A stretch of DNA of 63,466 nt, the filler included. It is 4 parts of 4 records of this genome, joined end to end, with 100 filler letters (N's around TTAATTAATTAA, not from the genome) between each part and the next. Parts side by side here need not be neighbours in the genome. Positions count along the whole stretch, not along the records: positions 36,564 to 57,852 come from SRR20825019_2410; 3 more parts are not named here. One strand, 5' to 3'. Below, in pieces: positions 39,177 through 50,592 of this stretch. Position numbers and translations under genes: made by a program. The notes below the pieces were generated by a model. That model was not told where the DNA came from. It ran no database searches and saw only the letters and a list, made by a program, of their open reading frames with translations. The stretch's first letter is position 1. The number at the start of each line of letters is the position of its first letter.

Positions 39177-39946
39177 GACGAGTTACTGAAGTCGTTGACG
39201 GCAGAGCACCCATGTGTTTATGCATGAACTTGACCTCGTCACCGGCGCCGGCGGGGGGGCAGGTCGCGGCAGTGCGCCCATTGGTAACGTGGCCGACAGT
39301 CATTTCCACGCGTCCGGGGACGACCATTGAAGGGCAGGCGCCCGCCACGGCGGCCCGGGCGCCCGTCGCCGCCCGGGCGGGGCGCGGGCGCGCCCGCTCT
39401 GAGCGGGGGCCCGCCCGCCGTGGCGCCGACGCAGCGTCGGTGACTCTGCTCAGCAAATTATCATCCCGATTGGGGATAGTTATTGACCTCCGACTCCAAA
39501 ATTGACAAAGTTAACAACGTCTCACATTCATAACAGCTACTTTCTTGTTACGAGACGTTCCGGTTAGGGCGCCTCTGCCGGAGCCGAGTATCCTGGCCGT
39601 GTAACACCGCCCGGCTCAAGAGTGAAGGTGAAACGGCCCTCTCCTAAGTGGTCTAACTTAGTAATGCCTCATCACACCGTGGCCGGCGGTGCTGTGATGC
39701 CGGCCCGGACGAGCTCGGCCCTCTCGGCGAGTGGTCGGCCAGCCTGCGTCTTAGGCAGCTGGTCGGCCGGCCAGTCCTGGTGCCGCCGACATTGGTGGCG
39801 CCCGGCCGAGTAGCGACGCAGAGAGCTAGAACCTGCCCGGCCCCAGGGTGGCTTGCATGCGCATGGCAAGGATGCAACAGCTATGAATATAATCTAAGGA
39901 GGCAAGGATCTGGGCCATATGGTCATAGCTGCGGTGGGTCCTCACC

Positions 39947-42900
39947 ATGGCCGACCTCAACGCAAACTCCATCATGCACCAGTACTTCCAGTACAACGGA
40001 GATATCCAGTCCGTTGCTGCGCAGGACGCCGCGGCTGTGATGTCGGTAGAAAAAGACATCTTTGGGGAGATAGAGTTCTCACTCCCGAACAAAAGAATGG
40101 AGGAGCTGAAGCTGAGGATTAAATCAGCCGGAGCGGCTTCGAGCATGAAGATAGCGGAGGAGAGCATACTTCATGCCCTTCCCAAGATTGGGGTGAAAAT
40201 GCAGCAACCCAATCTAGCCGACGTGATCACGGGGTTATTAAAACACGCGCTAGAAGCAGACGAGAAGATTCAGAAGCTTGAGGAGCGGCTTAATACCGGC
40301 GATCTGGTAGCCCCTTTCCAACCCACAGACCCTAGCGCTGCGAATAACGCCGGGGGTGGCGGCGGGGCGGCCGATGCCGCTATCCTTGCCAACATGGACA
40401 CTAGGCTGTCTGAGCTGCAAAATCAGCTCCTGATGCGAGTGTGCCAAGTCAGTGACAAGAACGACGAGATTGCGGAGGAGATGCAGCATATCAAGGAGAT
40501 GGTAGAGAACGAGCGCACGGTGGGCATGACCAACGGGGTCCGGAACCGCTTCGACGACCTTACGGAGGAGATATCGAACGCGAAGGCCGAGGCAGAGAAA
40601 CTGGGAAAGGTTGTGGCGGATCTGAAGGCAACAGGGCTGCAAGCTGCGTCTGGTACTGGAGGGTCGGAAGGGGTAGAGGCGAGTTCGGAGTCCTTCCAGA
40701 CTCTGTTTGGAGACGTGCGGAAGCTCGAGAACGACATTGAGCGGCTGGGCGAGGCCCTTGCGAACGGACTTGACGTGGCCAACTTGAACTACGAGGCGAT
40801 CGAGGAGAGCCTCGAAGCCAAGGCGGAGAAGAACGACCTTGAGCCTATGGTCGAGCGCGTGAACGATTCGTTCAAGGAGATCGCGGCGATGCGGGCGTAC
40901 ATCGACACTTACACGTCGGAGCAGGCGCAGGTCTTCGAAGGCATGGCCGCCAAGGATGACGACGATGAAGCCGGCAATGTCGCGCTTGGGCCCGTGGTTG
41001 AACAGCGGCTGTCTGAGCTGGAGGCACAGATTCAGAGCAACACCGTTCTTGAGGAGAAGGTCAGTGAGATTGAGCGCAACATGCACACCTCCATCCTTGG
41101 CCTTGAGAATTACGTGCAAAAGAGCGTGGATGCTCGGCCATCCGAGATGCCGGAGATCAAGGTGGATCTGGAAGAGGTGTACGCCCGCCTGAGCGAGGAG
41201 ACAGAGAAGATCCACGAGCTCATTCAGCAGAAGCCCGACAAGGAGGAGCTGATGATGTCGTTGAATGTTGTCCGTGAGCAGCTGAAGGAAATGGTCTCAA
41301 AGGAGGCGGCCGACCTCAAGGGTTACACCGACGCACTGCATGAGGAGGAGATCAAGACGGTTGAGGAGAAGGAACAGGGCATTCGCGCCACCATCGACGA
41401 GACGGCTAAGACTGTCAAGACCGAGGTGGACACCAAGGCGGCAACCGATGACCTGCGGAAGCTTCAGGGAGTTCTGCGCCGAAAGGACGACGAGATCAGC
41501 GGCCTCAAGAAGATGCTGGAAGGGAACAAGAAGACCCTGCAGAGCATGGCGACGGAACTCCGAGGAGAGATCGAGAAATCCAGGGACGACATCATGCGGG
41601 AGCAGAAGAAGAAGGAGAAGCGGGAGAAGAGCCCGTGGAACAACCTGGCGTCCAACTGGGGCCAAGGCTGGGCATACTCGCCACCCACCTCCGCGGATGG
41701 AACAACTTCAGCGCCATTGTTCCCTGGTGGCCAGAAGCCCGGCCAGGGCAAGCTTCCGATCGCTCCTCCACCGGTCCCACTAAGCCGAATGATTGCCCTG
41801 CCCCAGTTTGGAGGGGACGCTCCAAAGGGCACGGACCAGCAGGCGGCGCAGGCTATGCTGGGCCTGCCTCTGAATCCCACATCTCCTGTGGAGAGCTCCA
41901 ACCAGGGCAACACACGCCCTGTCATCACCCCGGAGAATGCTCAGCAGGAGCGGGAGAACGGAATTTCGCCGTCCGGCCTGAAGATGCTGCAGAAAGCAAA
42001 GCAAGTAAGCAAGACCTCCGGTGCTCTCCGCAAGCTAGGCTCGCAGGAGCACCCTCAAGAGTCACAGGGCTCGCCTCAGAGACTGCCTCAGAGAAATCCG
42101 CCGGGTTCATCCATGCAGACCAACATGCCGTCGCAATCGTTCTACTCGCAACCGGATGGAGTGGAGCAGCAGCCGTCTATGTACATGCAGCAGAACAGCG
42201 GGCTCGCGATAGGCAATCCGAATGCGCCACAGGGGCCGTCGCAGTTTGAGATAACGCGGATCACCGAGAAACTCAAGAAGCAAGAGGAGGCGATCGCCGC
42301 ACACGCAGAGGAGACCCAGCAGTTGAACCACAAGAACTTAAGGCTTATGGAGACGATGCAATCGCAGAGCAGGATGGCAACAATGCAGGAGAAACAGATG
42401 AATATTCTGCGAGAACAGGTGAAAATGTTGATGCAAGGATCCCTGGGAGATTCCTCTGTCTCGGAAAGCCTTAAAAAGGAGCACGAGCGCATGCTGGCCG
42501 AAGAAAAGAAGGAAAACAAGGATAAGGACGCCAAGGGCGCCACCAGCACGGGCAATGAGGGCACTGGTGGTACAATGGTGAATCTGACTGACCTTGAGAA
42601 TGTGGAGGCCTCGTTGAAAATGCAAATGCAGGAGACGATTAACAACCAAATGAATCAACAGCTTGATCAGATGCGCACGATGCAGCGGCTCCACCAGGAT
42701 AAAATGGAGATGATGATGAGCCATGAACTCGAGCGAGTTGAAGCTCTTGCTGCCAGTGCTACCTCGGAAGAGGATCGGTACAAAATGAAGAGGTTGGCCC
42801 GGGACCAGCAGCAGCGTCTACGGGAGATCCGGGAAGCGCATGCAATTCAGAACGAGAAATTGGAACAACGGCACCAGGCCATCCGGGCGACTGGGGCGAA

Positions 42901-44040
42901 AATGCCCGGTCATATTGCAAAACAAGGACACATGGAGAGCTACGATGCCCCACAAGCATTGGGTAAGTATTTCGGTTGAATGACAACGTTGCCATCAGTG
43001 AGTCTCACTCCGCATGCAGGATTGGAATATGAAGGCATGCGCGTAACGTCGTATGATTCTCATCCGGGACTTGGGCGACCTGCCCAAGACAACTCGGTGA
43101 TGGTTGCGCCGGAGCGTAGGCTTCAGCCTATTCGTCCCCGTGTAATGTCGGCACAAGGGTTCTCAAAGGACCAATCTGGGCCCATGAATCGTGTGGGTAG
43201 TGCACCCCTAAGGCGGCCATTCGCCGACATGACGAATACGGAGATTCCAGCCCCGAGCCTTCAGGTAAGAATCATGCCGTCTTGGAATGAACTGTGTCTC
43301 ACGTGTCCGTTTCAGATGATGAATCGCTTCCAGGACGTGTACATGAACTACCAGTATTTCTATCCGCCACTCGAGGCACCGCCCAGGGTGGAATACCAAC
43401 GGCAAACGAAGAGGAAGTTGCAGAAGTTTTCGTATCTCTTCCAGCCTCGCAATGGCACCCTGATCAAATCCTATACGGAGACTTATCCTCCTGATGAGTA
43501 AGATTCTAGCTATTGCCTCAGGCTGACCGGTCGTTAATGACTTGCCCGTAGCCCAAAGAACATATTCCTGGAGGCCGTCCCAATGAATCTGAACAGGGAG
43601 CGGCAGATGCCTCCGTCGCCCCGTCCAGACAGGAATCTCAAGCCGCAAGAAATATTCAAGCTTGACAGCAGCATATTTACAGAGGAAGGTGGCCCGCTGA
43701 GAGTCAAGCCCGAGGAGATTTACGGGATCACAGGTATTCACGGCCAGACCGCGGTCCACTGACATTGCTGATAACGAATCGTCCAGGTGCACCACCGCCC
43801 GTCGCGCAACGGCCGTACACATCAATGGACTCGGTGACGAAGACCCAGCGGGTGAGATTTCCTCCTGTTCAACAGACAAAGGGAGCGAAGAAGAAGGCCA
43901 ACAAGCGATACCAAGAGGAGCATCGAGAGCAACACCAGGGCCCCGTCAAGCCATGGACACCCGTAAAAAGCACTGCCCGAGATTTCTTCCACCTCGATGG
44001 AGCGAGTGCCAACGGCAGCAGACCGCCTACCCAGGGTTAG
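39947..44040 (+). CDS. Large coiled-coil protein of unknown function, 5 exons (about 1292 aa)
   Basis: Exons 39947-42962, 43020-43264, 43316-43497, 43552-43733, 43787-44040. GT-AG introns of 57, 51, 54 and 53 nt join three separate ORF-track entries into one open frame. Confidence 0.78.
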
Positions 44041-44662
44041 GTGCTCATATGAGCGACTGACTTGGCATTGGATATGACTGGCCAGCCTTGGTCTAATGGG
44101 CGGCTGATGACAGCCGGCCCCGACTGACGAGTGAACAGAAGAGCGCTCCTCATAAACTTCTATATTTAGAAACCAAATCAGGAAATTTTTTGTCAATTGT
44201 GTAAAATTGTGTGGTTTGGCGTCAGATTGAATTCTGTCCGGTAATCGCGGTTCCTCCCAAATCTTACGAGATCTTCCTCTTGGTTGAAAACTGGCTCACT
44301 GCCAGGCCAGGCTCAGAGATGCTGGCCCGGCCAAGGGCAGCCGGGCCTGGCCGGCCGCTCTGAGTGCTTGACTCGCATGCCCGTCGCTTTTTAGTGCCCC
44401 ATGCGCTATGTGACTCCTGTCGGCAGTCCCTGTTAAGTTATGGACGGCCCAGTGGGAGAGCCGGTGCCGCTCGGTTGCCCGGCCGGCCGGCTAAATGCGA
44501 GGCGGAGCACCCAGTTTTCGACCCAGCCCTGGCCGACCCCTACCGTCACGGCCGTTTTAACCATCAAACTCACCAAAGGTTTGAGTGTTCCCCAACATGC
44601 AGCCAACACGAAGAGATATATATCTCATTACGAAGAAGGTGCCAGAGCATATCGCGCAAGGC

Positions 44663-46104
44663 ATGCGGCACAGGACCGCAGTCTGGGTGAGCGCCATTGT
44701 GCTGGTGGCGTGCCTGGCACAAGTCACATATGCAAGTAGTTTGCGCTCGGAGAAGGCTATGCGTGGTTCTCTCTCTACAGATCGTGCGTAAAAAGTGGTA
44801 GTGTCTGGGCTTTCTCGTTGACATTTGTTGTAGTGTCGAACCTGCGCGCTTTTTTTAGAGCTATGAACGGGGCCAACTGGCGTGTTAACAGGAATTGGGC
44901 TCAGGACGACAACCCGTGCACCTGGCACGGCATCCACTGTGTTGATCACAAGCTCAACAAGAAGGTCAACCGTGTCACTGGAATGTAAGACGCGCCAACA
45001 ATGCGGGCTAGGCTCCGGCTAGACACCTAAACTGCTTTTTTCAGCTCACTCCCCAACAATGGCCTGAATGGAGCGATTCCGGACGCGCTGTGGAATCTGG
45101 ACAGGCTTGAGATTTTGTGGCTTCCCAACAATGGGCTGACTGGATCGCTTAACGCGAACGGGCTGGGCAATGCTCGTGTGCTCAAGGTGTTGAACCTCGA
45201 AGGGAACAAACTCACTGGGGCCGTCCCGCAAAGCATTGGACAGGTGCGGAATCTGAGGAATCTCAACTTGGGCCAGAACCAGTTGACCGGGATGGTGCCC
45301 AACTCCATCGGGTCTTTGACTCAGCTGACGCATCTGACGCTTGGGGGGAATAAGTGGGACGGGGCCATTCCTGCGGAGATCGGCTCTCTGTACAATCTGC
45401 GTTCGCTGTCCATTGAAGACTCGAACATGGGGGGCTTTTTGCCGGCGGAACTGCGGTTCTGTACCAAGCTGGAGCGGGTAAAGCTGAGCGGGAACAAGTT
45501 TGAGGGGGTCATTCCGCCCGAGTGGGGAAAGTTGAAGAAGTTGCAGACTCTGTACGTAGCTGTGTCCTCGTCATCATGATCACTCGTCTGACTCCTTGCT
45601 GAATTGACAGGGATGTGCGCAACAACCGCCTGGACGGCGCGGTGGAACCTCCTCTTGTGGAGATGAACTCGCTTAAGAAAGTGTAAGTTTACATTCGTGT
45701 TGAGATGCACGCCTCGTGACGGTGGCGCTGACGGGGTTTGTGTCTTGTGCAGTGAATTTAGCGGGAATGCCCTCTGCTTCAACAACGATACCGTGGTGCA
45801 CTTCTTCACGCCCAAGATGGCCGATCTGGCACCGGGAGAGAAGTTCCCCCTGTGTGACATGCTCAGACAGGCGCCCGAGCCCACGTCGAGTGAGTATCAG
45901 CAGCCGCGCCCCGTGACACCAGGGCCCATCTTCCACAAGTTGTGCCCTAAGGATGGTGACCGGTACTTCCACTGTGGCGGCATCGACCAGTGCCCGGGCC
46001 ACTACACCTATTGCAGGTTGAAGAAGCCAGATGAAATCGTGTCGCAGGAGGCCCCGCCCGAATGCCCACCGAAGTATGCTCACTGTGAACCCTTGGTGGG
46101 ATAA
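44663..46104 (+). CDS. Secreted plant-type leucine-rich-repeat protein with Cys-rich tail, 5 exons (about 400 aa)
   Basis: Exons 44663-44783, 44834-44984, 45045-45551, 45611-45682, 45753-46104 (introns of 50, 60, 59, 70 nt). Signal peptide, LRRNT cap (NW...PCTWHGIHC) and LxLxxNxLTGxxP repeats. Confidence 0.82.
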
Positions 46105-46333
46105 ACGTCCCCATTCATGACTCGTAGCATCTGTGACATTGCATTATGTTGTCTGGACGAGCACAGAGCTCGGATGGTTTATTGCTCACTTAAAGAGGGG
46201 AGTGGGGGTGTGTTTCAGGCCTTGCAGATATTGAGCACAGACCACTGGTCAGTAGTACAACCTATCCAGTTAATATACAACATGACGGTACGGCACCGCC
46301 GAATCGTGTGGGTCTCCATTTTCTAGCATGCGC

Positions 46334-49300
46334 TTAGTTGGTTGGCTGGTTCGGAGACGTGGGAGTCTCGCCGCCAGTGGAGTTGGCTTCACTCTCGCCG
46401 CCAGAGTCCTTCTTGCCCTTGAGGTTGGAGTAGGCCTTCATCAAGTACTTGCTCCTCTGCTTCTTCTGGTTCTGCTCCGCCTCCGGATTGAACAACAACT
46501 GCCGCTTGCTGGCGTTGGACTTGGGCTCCGAGTTGATGGTGTTGTTGATGCGAGCAAAGTCACTTCCGCGTGGGCTCTCACCAAAGGCATATAGAGTCCT
46601 GGTGCGCGGGGTCATGTGCGCATTGTTCGATGGCGTGGCGGCGTTGCCGCCCGAGGAGCGAACGGGAGACATGTAGACGTTTCCAGTGCTGCCCACCCTC
46701 TTAGGGGACATGAACTGGGGCATTCTCGCGAGCATGGCGACATGCCCGGCACCAACATTGTTCAGCTGCGTCACCGGCATCCTCGACGGGCCGTCGCTCT
46801 GACCGCCCTCATTGGTCTCCTGGGCCGAAGCCTGCGAGGCGGAGTAGTTGGTGATGTGAGACTTGACGAGGGGAACATACACATTGTTGTAGAACTTGAT
46901 GATGTCCACAGGATCATCGCTCTCACGGGCACCCCGGATACCACGGAACTGAGGCCGCAACGGACGGTACTGGGGCTGGAGTTTGTACGCTTCCGTAATG
47001 CGCTTGAAAGTTAAGGAAGACTCATTGTGGACACGTCCGAGGCCATACAGGGAGCACATGATGATCACATCCATATCACGGTTCATGACGAGTTCGCGCC
47101 TCTCCTCCAGGCAGTACTTGAACAGAGTATATGTATGCTGCATGAGATGGGTGCACGAGAGGCGGTGGCACAGCTCGAAAATGCGCACCGAGGCAAGATG
47201 AAGAACCTTCTGAGCAAAACTCTTCAGCAGACTCGTGTGCGGGGTCTTTTGGATGGTCTCGTCCTGCAGTAATGGAGCGGGTCAGTATTAACATGGCAAC
47301 ATAGACACCAACACGAAACCAAGGGGAGAGAATAGGATGGGAGCATCAATTGGTTGTTAGGTATCAGCAAAGACGAATCTCTGATTGGAGTGATTTGTCA
47401 TTGTTTTTGGTATTTTTTCATTTGCTTCCATCCAAACACAGACACAAATAAGGATGGATTCCTCACCTGCTCGGAGCCGGCCTCTGCGGTTCCAGAGAAA
47501 GACTGTAAGAAGCGCTTGAACGCGTTCTTGTTGCCGGCCACCTGGAGAACTTGCACGAGGGTGTCAGATGACTTCCACATGTGCTCGCTCACAAGGCGGT
47601 GCTCGACGCTTTGGAGATGCCGGCGGATGGGGCGGGGGGTTCCGTTGGGCATGTGCAGAACAAAATAAGTGATGACCTTGAAGAGATCCCATGCAGTCAA
47701 GGAAAACCAGTCCAGGGCGGCGGGGGACTCAACAGAGAATACAACCCGTTGGCTATACTGAACCACCTCAGCAGCACAACCAACCACTGCCTTGTGGAAG
47801 GTATCGGATGAGATCATGTTGGTAAGCGCGGCGCGGGCCTTTTCCTCAGTGGCGTCTGGGAGTCCCTTCTGCCTCTTCTCCTCCGATTCCATCAACCGCT
47901 CAAGCACATGAACATAAAGCTTTGCGATCAGGGTGCGGCGGTGGTCTTGCGCATCCGAACTGGTCGGCACCTTGCTCAAATACTTCTCCATCAGCTCAAC
48001 GAACGTATCCTTGGGGTTCTTTGAGAACAGGGCAAAGTAGCCAAGGAGCTTCTCGCTAGCACAATCCGGGAGAGGGGTTGTCGCGCTGCCCAGGGTGCTG
48101 TTCAGCCACTCGGTGCATTCAAGGGCCGCGTCAACAACATCCATTGCACCACCGCCACGAGCAGGGCTGCCACGGGCAGCCGGCGCCGGGCTCATCCACG
48201 GCTGGAACGAAGCATTCTCTGTACGCACAGTCGCATTACTGGGGTGGAGTGGGGACGGGAGAAGCTGAGTGGGAACGGTCGAGCTCCTCTCACGAACAGC
48301 AGCGTCGAACCTTGCAGATAGGTTGCGCGCGGAGCTGCGCGGAATGTACTGGGGGGTGGACCCTGTCTTCTTCGGGGTGGCGGGTGTTCCTGGGACCGCC
48401 ACGCCATGGCTTTCAATGTAGAGTCGCTCGTCAAAGTCTGCCTTGGTCAAGTAAACCATATCATACAACTGGCGAAGCTCCGCCACGGCGGCATCGAGGA
48501 AACGCTCCATCAAGCCATCCCATACATAGAAATCCTGCCCGCCGTTGTTCCCAAGCACTGAAGGGGAGGTGATCTTCCTGAAGCTTTCCTTCTGTGTAAA
48601 AAGTTAGCAAAGCTGAAAACCGCACCGCGAGGTTAGGCTGCACGTACCTCATACAAAAACTTGTGGAGCGCACCCTCCTTACTCTCCAGATCTGCCACAC
48701 TGAGCTTGCACAGTCGACTCAAACCCACGATCGACTTCTCCTCTTTTCCGCTCAGGCGGGAGTACTTCCCCGCATGAAGAACCATGAAATGGACAGAAGC
48801 CATCAGCAGCTGGTAGTTCTGCATCATATCGGTCTCGTGACCAGCAAGCATGGAGTCCTTTGACCACACGAACAAAAGCCACCCGAATCTCTTGAGTGCA
48901 TCCAAGAAGGAAATCTTTGTCTTATCCTCCAAGGTTGTGGATGAGGTGGGTGCCGGGAAAACGTTGTCGAAAACGGACAAGTATTTGGTTTTCATGGCCT
49001 GCCCGATAACAAACTTGGCCTCAAGCGAACGAATCTTCTTCTCAAAATTGACGGGGGCGTTGATGCGCTTCACCGCGAAAAGAGACCTCAGCGTCTCGAA
49101 AAAGCGCTTCTCTTCAATATTTGCCTCACGGACAAGCTGTGTGATGGTTACACTCGTTCCATTGACAACCCCCCCTCCAACAGTACGAAGACCCTTCTTG
49201 TGCCCTGCAATGAACATACATGCCACCATCCATGGAACCCGGTGGTCATGGAATGAAGGAATATGTTCTCCACCGCTCCGAGCCGGTGTGCCGCGCTGAG

Positions 49301-49673
49301 GGGTGTTGCCCAAGGAAGCCAGCACCGACGGGGCAGAGAAGAAAGACTCGTCAACTTCGCGAGGGTGCCTCACAAGGTCACTGAACATCGTCCATGCAAG
49401 GTCCTTTGTGTCCGCGTCGAGGTTGACTCCGGCGGCAATGCTGTCAAACTCGCCTCTGTCTGTGCTCAATATCTTGCTGTACAGCTCCTCGCCCACCTAC
49501 GTCCTACACGTTAGTTTCCCACAAAGACACCAAACCATAAAAAGAACACCCACCGCTGCACCGTTGCCAGCAGGAGCTGATCCCGGGCGACTGGGAGAGG
49601 GAGAAGGTAGAGGAGGCTTTCGCATCGGAGATGGTTTTGGGGTTGGCGACGCCGGAACGCGCGGTGGATCCAT
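46334..49673 (-). CDS. RBR: Retinoblastoma-related pocket protein, 4 exons (about 1007 aa)
   Basis: Exons 49673-49554, 49496-48648, 48591-47467, 47263-46334, all phase 0. RbN (FGWLLFV), pocket A (FHKAVVGCAAEVV; HLQSVEHRL..W), pocket B (RDMDVIIMCSLYG; DIIKFYNNVY), C-terminal VYMSP, MTPRT and KRQLLF. Confidence 0.9.
47364..47421 (-). ncRNA. Candidate intronic guide RNA (C/D-snoRNA-like) in RB intron 3
   Basis: 14-nt GACAAATCACTCCA antisense to a conserved 18S segment (recalled), followed by CAGA and then CTGA. The C box is non-canonical and the boundaries are uncertain. Confidence 0.35.
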
Positions 49674-50079
49674 TGTCACGTCTCGATATTTGTTGTGGTG
49701 AAAATGGGGGGCAAGTCACTTTTATATGCTTGTGGTGGTGCGACAGGAAGGGTGCGCTTTGGCAAGCCTGCAGTTGTGTTGTCGAGTACAACACTACGCT
49801 GTTCACCAACCGTTTTCATGGGCCCTGAAAGCCCCCTGAACCAGTCAGTTGGCCACACTTGAGTGAGGGGTGTCACGAGCCCTAACTAGGTTTGTGAGCA
49901 GACCTTTGTTGCCCCGCAAAGGCGCCTGCTAGTAGGCATTAGGAGTGGCAGAGTCAACGACCAATAGTGTGACCGAGGCATGCGAATGAGCAATCCTCCT
50001 CTTGCGGCTGCTATCAAGGCGGGCGTCATGCTCCCTAACTTGGTCACAAACCTCACTGTCGAAAACTGGGGGGGATGGT

Positions 50080-50092
50080 TTTCGCGCGCAAA
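50080..50092. promoter_or_regulatory. Palindromic E2F-like binding site in the RB/SPT5 divergent promoter
   Basis: TTTCGCGCGCAAA: TTTSSCGC on the plus strand overlapping TTTGCGCG on the minus strand. Confidence 0.55.
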
Positions 50093-50592
50093 TTATCCCA
50101 GAGAACCTGTCTAAGGCAAAGAAAAAATAATCATCAGACTATAATGACCATGAATATCTACATAAATATCATAAATATTCACTTTTTCATTGAAAAATAA
50201 GTAATCTCTACATGGAAAACCCTGGCTTCAGCCCTACCCAGCCTGATGAGTCACCCTCTAGTAACTCTCTTCGACCCTCACCTCTGTTCAATGACCATTG
50301 CGTCTCACCCGGCAGTCACCCCACGCATGCGCCCCCAGCTCGGCCGCACTTCGGCCGGCGGGGGCGGCGAGGGCGGCCCATTCCCTTGCACTAGTCGACG
50401 ACCGTGACCCGCAGTGCCCCCAAGGGCCCGCACGATCAGCCGGCCAGAACGCCCGTGCAGTCACGGCTGGTCCGTCCCACGGCACGCCCCAAGTTCTCAG
50501 TGCTCGCTGCTTAGTGTCCCTAGAGTACGTGTATTAAATGGTTGTACTTCACATTACACCTATAGACGCTGCCTTTGCGTCGCTCATCGAGG

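Noticed and set aside
39562-39569. GGTTAGGG (CCCTAACC on minus) as a telomerase-RNA template or telomeric seed
   Set aside because: It is a single 8-nt match expected by chance, with no tandem repeats or supporting downstream structure.
50243-50290. CTGATGAG resembling a hammerhead ribozyme core (also at 43491)
   Set aside because: There is no stem II followed by GAAA and no flanking helices. The second instance is an exon/donor junction.
50525-50565. Possible 41-nt 5' UTR intron of SPT5 (GTACGT...TAG) and another starting near 54450
   Set aside because: Plausible, but there is no reading-frame constraint to verify them and the first is shorter than all supported introns.
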